A stretch of DNA of 62,807 nucleotides, counting the filler, from Sluysia triapertura (Eukaryota): NCBI GenBank assembly GCA_046118255.1. It is 5 parts of 5 records of this genome, joined end to end, with 100 filler letters (N's around TTAATTAATTAA, not from the genome) between each part and the next. Parts side by side here need not be neighbours in the genome. Positions count along the whole stretch, not along the records: positions 50,824 to 62,807 come from JBJNIA010150162.1; 4 more parts are not named here. One strand, written 5' to 3'. Position numbers and translations under genes: made by a program. The first letter of the stretch is position 1, and every line of letters starts with the position of its first letter. The notes under the pieces are model-generated. The model was not told the DNA's origin. It searched no databases and was given only the letters and a program-made list of their open reading frames with translations. Shown in pieces: positions 61,365 to 62,807 of this stretch.

Positions 61365-62344
61365 GTTTGTCGATAATTTGACTCTTCGTAAATTATACTT
61401 TCTATATTGAGTAATAAAATAAAACTATGAAAAATATAATCTGATTACAATAAAAATAAGATTTTGAAAAGATCTACATTATAAATGTTAAATTATTTAT
61501 CATAATAATGTAAGTTATTACATGCAGAAAATTTGACTGGATAATAATGATTGTTCAATAAGTATAAGACGAATCATCGATTGTTTTTCATTACAACCGC
61601 AGCCTCTCTCAGAATCAATTAAGAAAATCATAGATTAATCTACATTACTCGCTTAACTTAAAGTAGTATTACTTCTTTTCTCTTTAAACATATTTTCTAT
61701 CAGTAAATGAGCATCGAAAAACATAATATATCTTGTTAAAACTTGTTCTCTGAAAAATAATAAATAATTACTAAATGTATACATTGGATCCAATGATTGA
61801 AAACTATAAATTTGAAACAATTTCTTTATCCATTCTAAAACTGGGACTATGTTTCCTGAATTGCGTACGCGAATTGAATAAAATCGTTATATGACATATT
61901 TGAATTTTTCATATAAATTACTAATTATTAAACTAAATAATTTGCTGGTGTTCTCAGTTGATACTAGAGAAAACTCCATTAGGATCTCAGATATTTGGCA
62001 ATTAGAATCATATTGTGCTCCAAATAGCTTTTTAGTTTCATTCATCTGTGAATTTTTATCCATTCGGTTAGACGTTTATTTACTTGTTTCTCACTATTAT
62101 TGACGTTTTGAAAAATTTTTCAATTTTTATAATTGTGATTTTTCATGTGAAAATTGTTATGAAACTATTAATCTGATTAGTTGTTAATGTGCACTTTTAA
62201 CAAACGAATAAAATGTTTTGATGCTAACTTTTTAGTTATTAAGTCCTGATTGATTGTCTAACCAGGGATACGAAAAAGTAAAGAGGAAATGATTCTGGTT
62301 GGACAACCAGTAATAAGGTATATAACCAAATAAATGACAAATGA

Positions 62345-62407
62345 ACCACCATCAATGTTGATGTGAATTTATACATAGTGATCAGTATTGTCAACATTGA
62401 TGGTGGT
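62345..62407. other. Perfect 17-bp inverted repeat with a 29-nt spacer
   Basis: ACCACCATCAATGTTGA (62345-62361) / TCAACATTGATGGTGGT (62391-62407). Confidence 0.9.
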
Positions 62408-62807
62408 AGTTACTGATTTGAGTAAAAATTAATAATTTTTGCAAATTAAAAATGATGAAAATAAATTAGAATTAATAAAATTAAAACGGTGATAATAATA
62501 ATAATAACAAAGTATTATTATTATTAATCGAAAAATACATGAATTTTTCTTCTTATGTTTTGCAGGATCTTTCTATCTTTTTCTTTAATACTTCTTGACA
62601 TATTTTAAATTTAGAATTAAAAATTATTGAATTGAGTGCAATAACAATAATAATTAGAGGAACAATGTTATAGTTATTATTGTTATTAAACTGCATAAAC
62701 TCTGAAATTCTTTAAAAACTGAACACAATCTTGCCTTTAAATTTCTAAACATATTTGAACTAAAAATCTTTAAGTAAGGATTAGCTTAAGTGAATGTGAA
62801 AAAGATA

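Overview
Very AT-rich animal genomic DNA, not prokaryotic. The window is five contigs joined by an artificial 100-nt spacer (44 N + TTAATTAATTAA + 44 N at 12573, 28062, 39826 and 50724), so adjacency across spacers means nothing and several genes are cut off. Genes have many 32-49-nt GT-AG introns plus a few kb-scale, transposon-filled introns. This resembles miniaturised parasitic invertebrates such as orthonectids (inference only). I reconstructed these genes by manual splicing: synergin-gamma (+), an H-NOX/soluble guanylate cyclase beta-type haem domain (-, missed by the ORF track), a C-type lectin (-), adenylate kinase 7 (-) head-to-head with an annexin A7/A11-like gene (+), a DSL-EGF-TM Delta-like protein (+), SRCAP/Domino/Swr1 (+), the 3' end of a Nova/Pasilla-like KH gene (+) and a degenerate protein tyrosine phosphatase (+). 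The rest is decayed mariner, Tc1, DD39D, piggyBac, hAT, LINE and LTR material plus microsatellites. The best unexplained signals are a three-copy 27-nt GTGAGTCC/GGACTTAC hairpin-pseudoknot motif, a neighbouring array of covarying hairpins, a YCAY cluster in the Nova 3' UTR, a tRNA-like Pol III unit with a broken anticodon arm inside an inverted repeat, the variant H-NOX gene, and a miRNA-sized hairpin.
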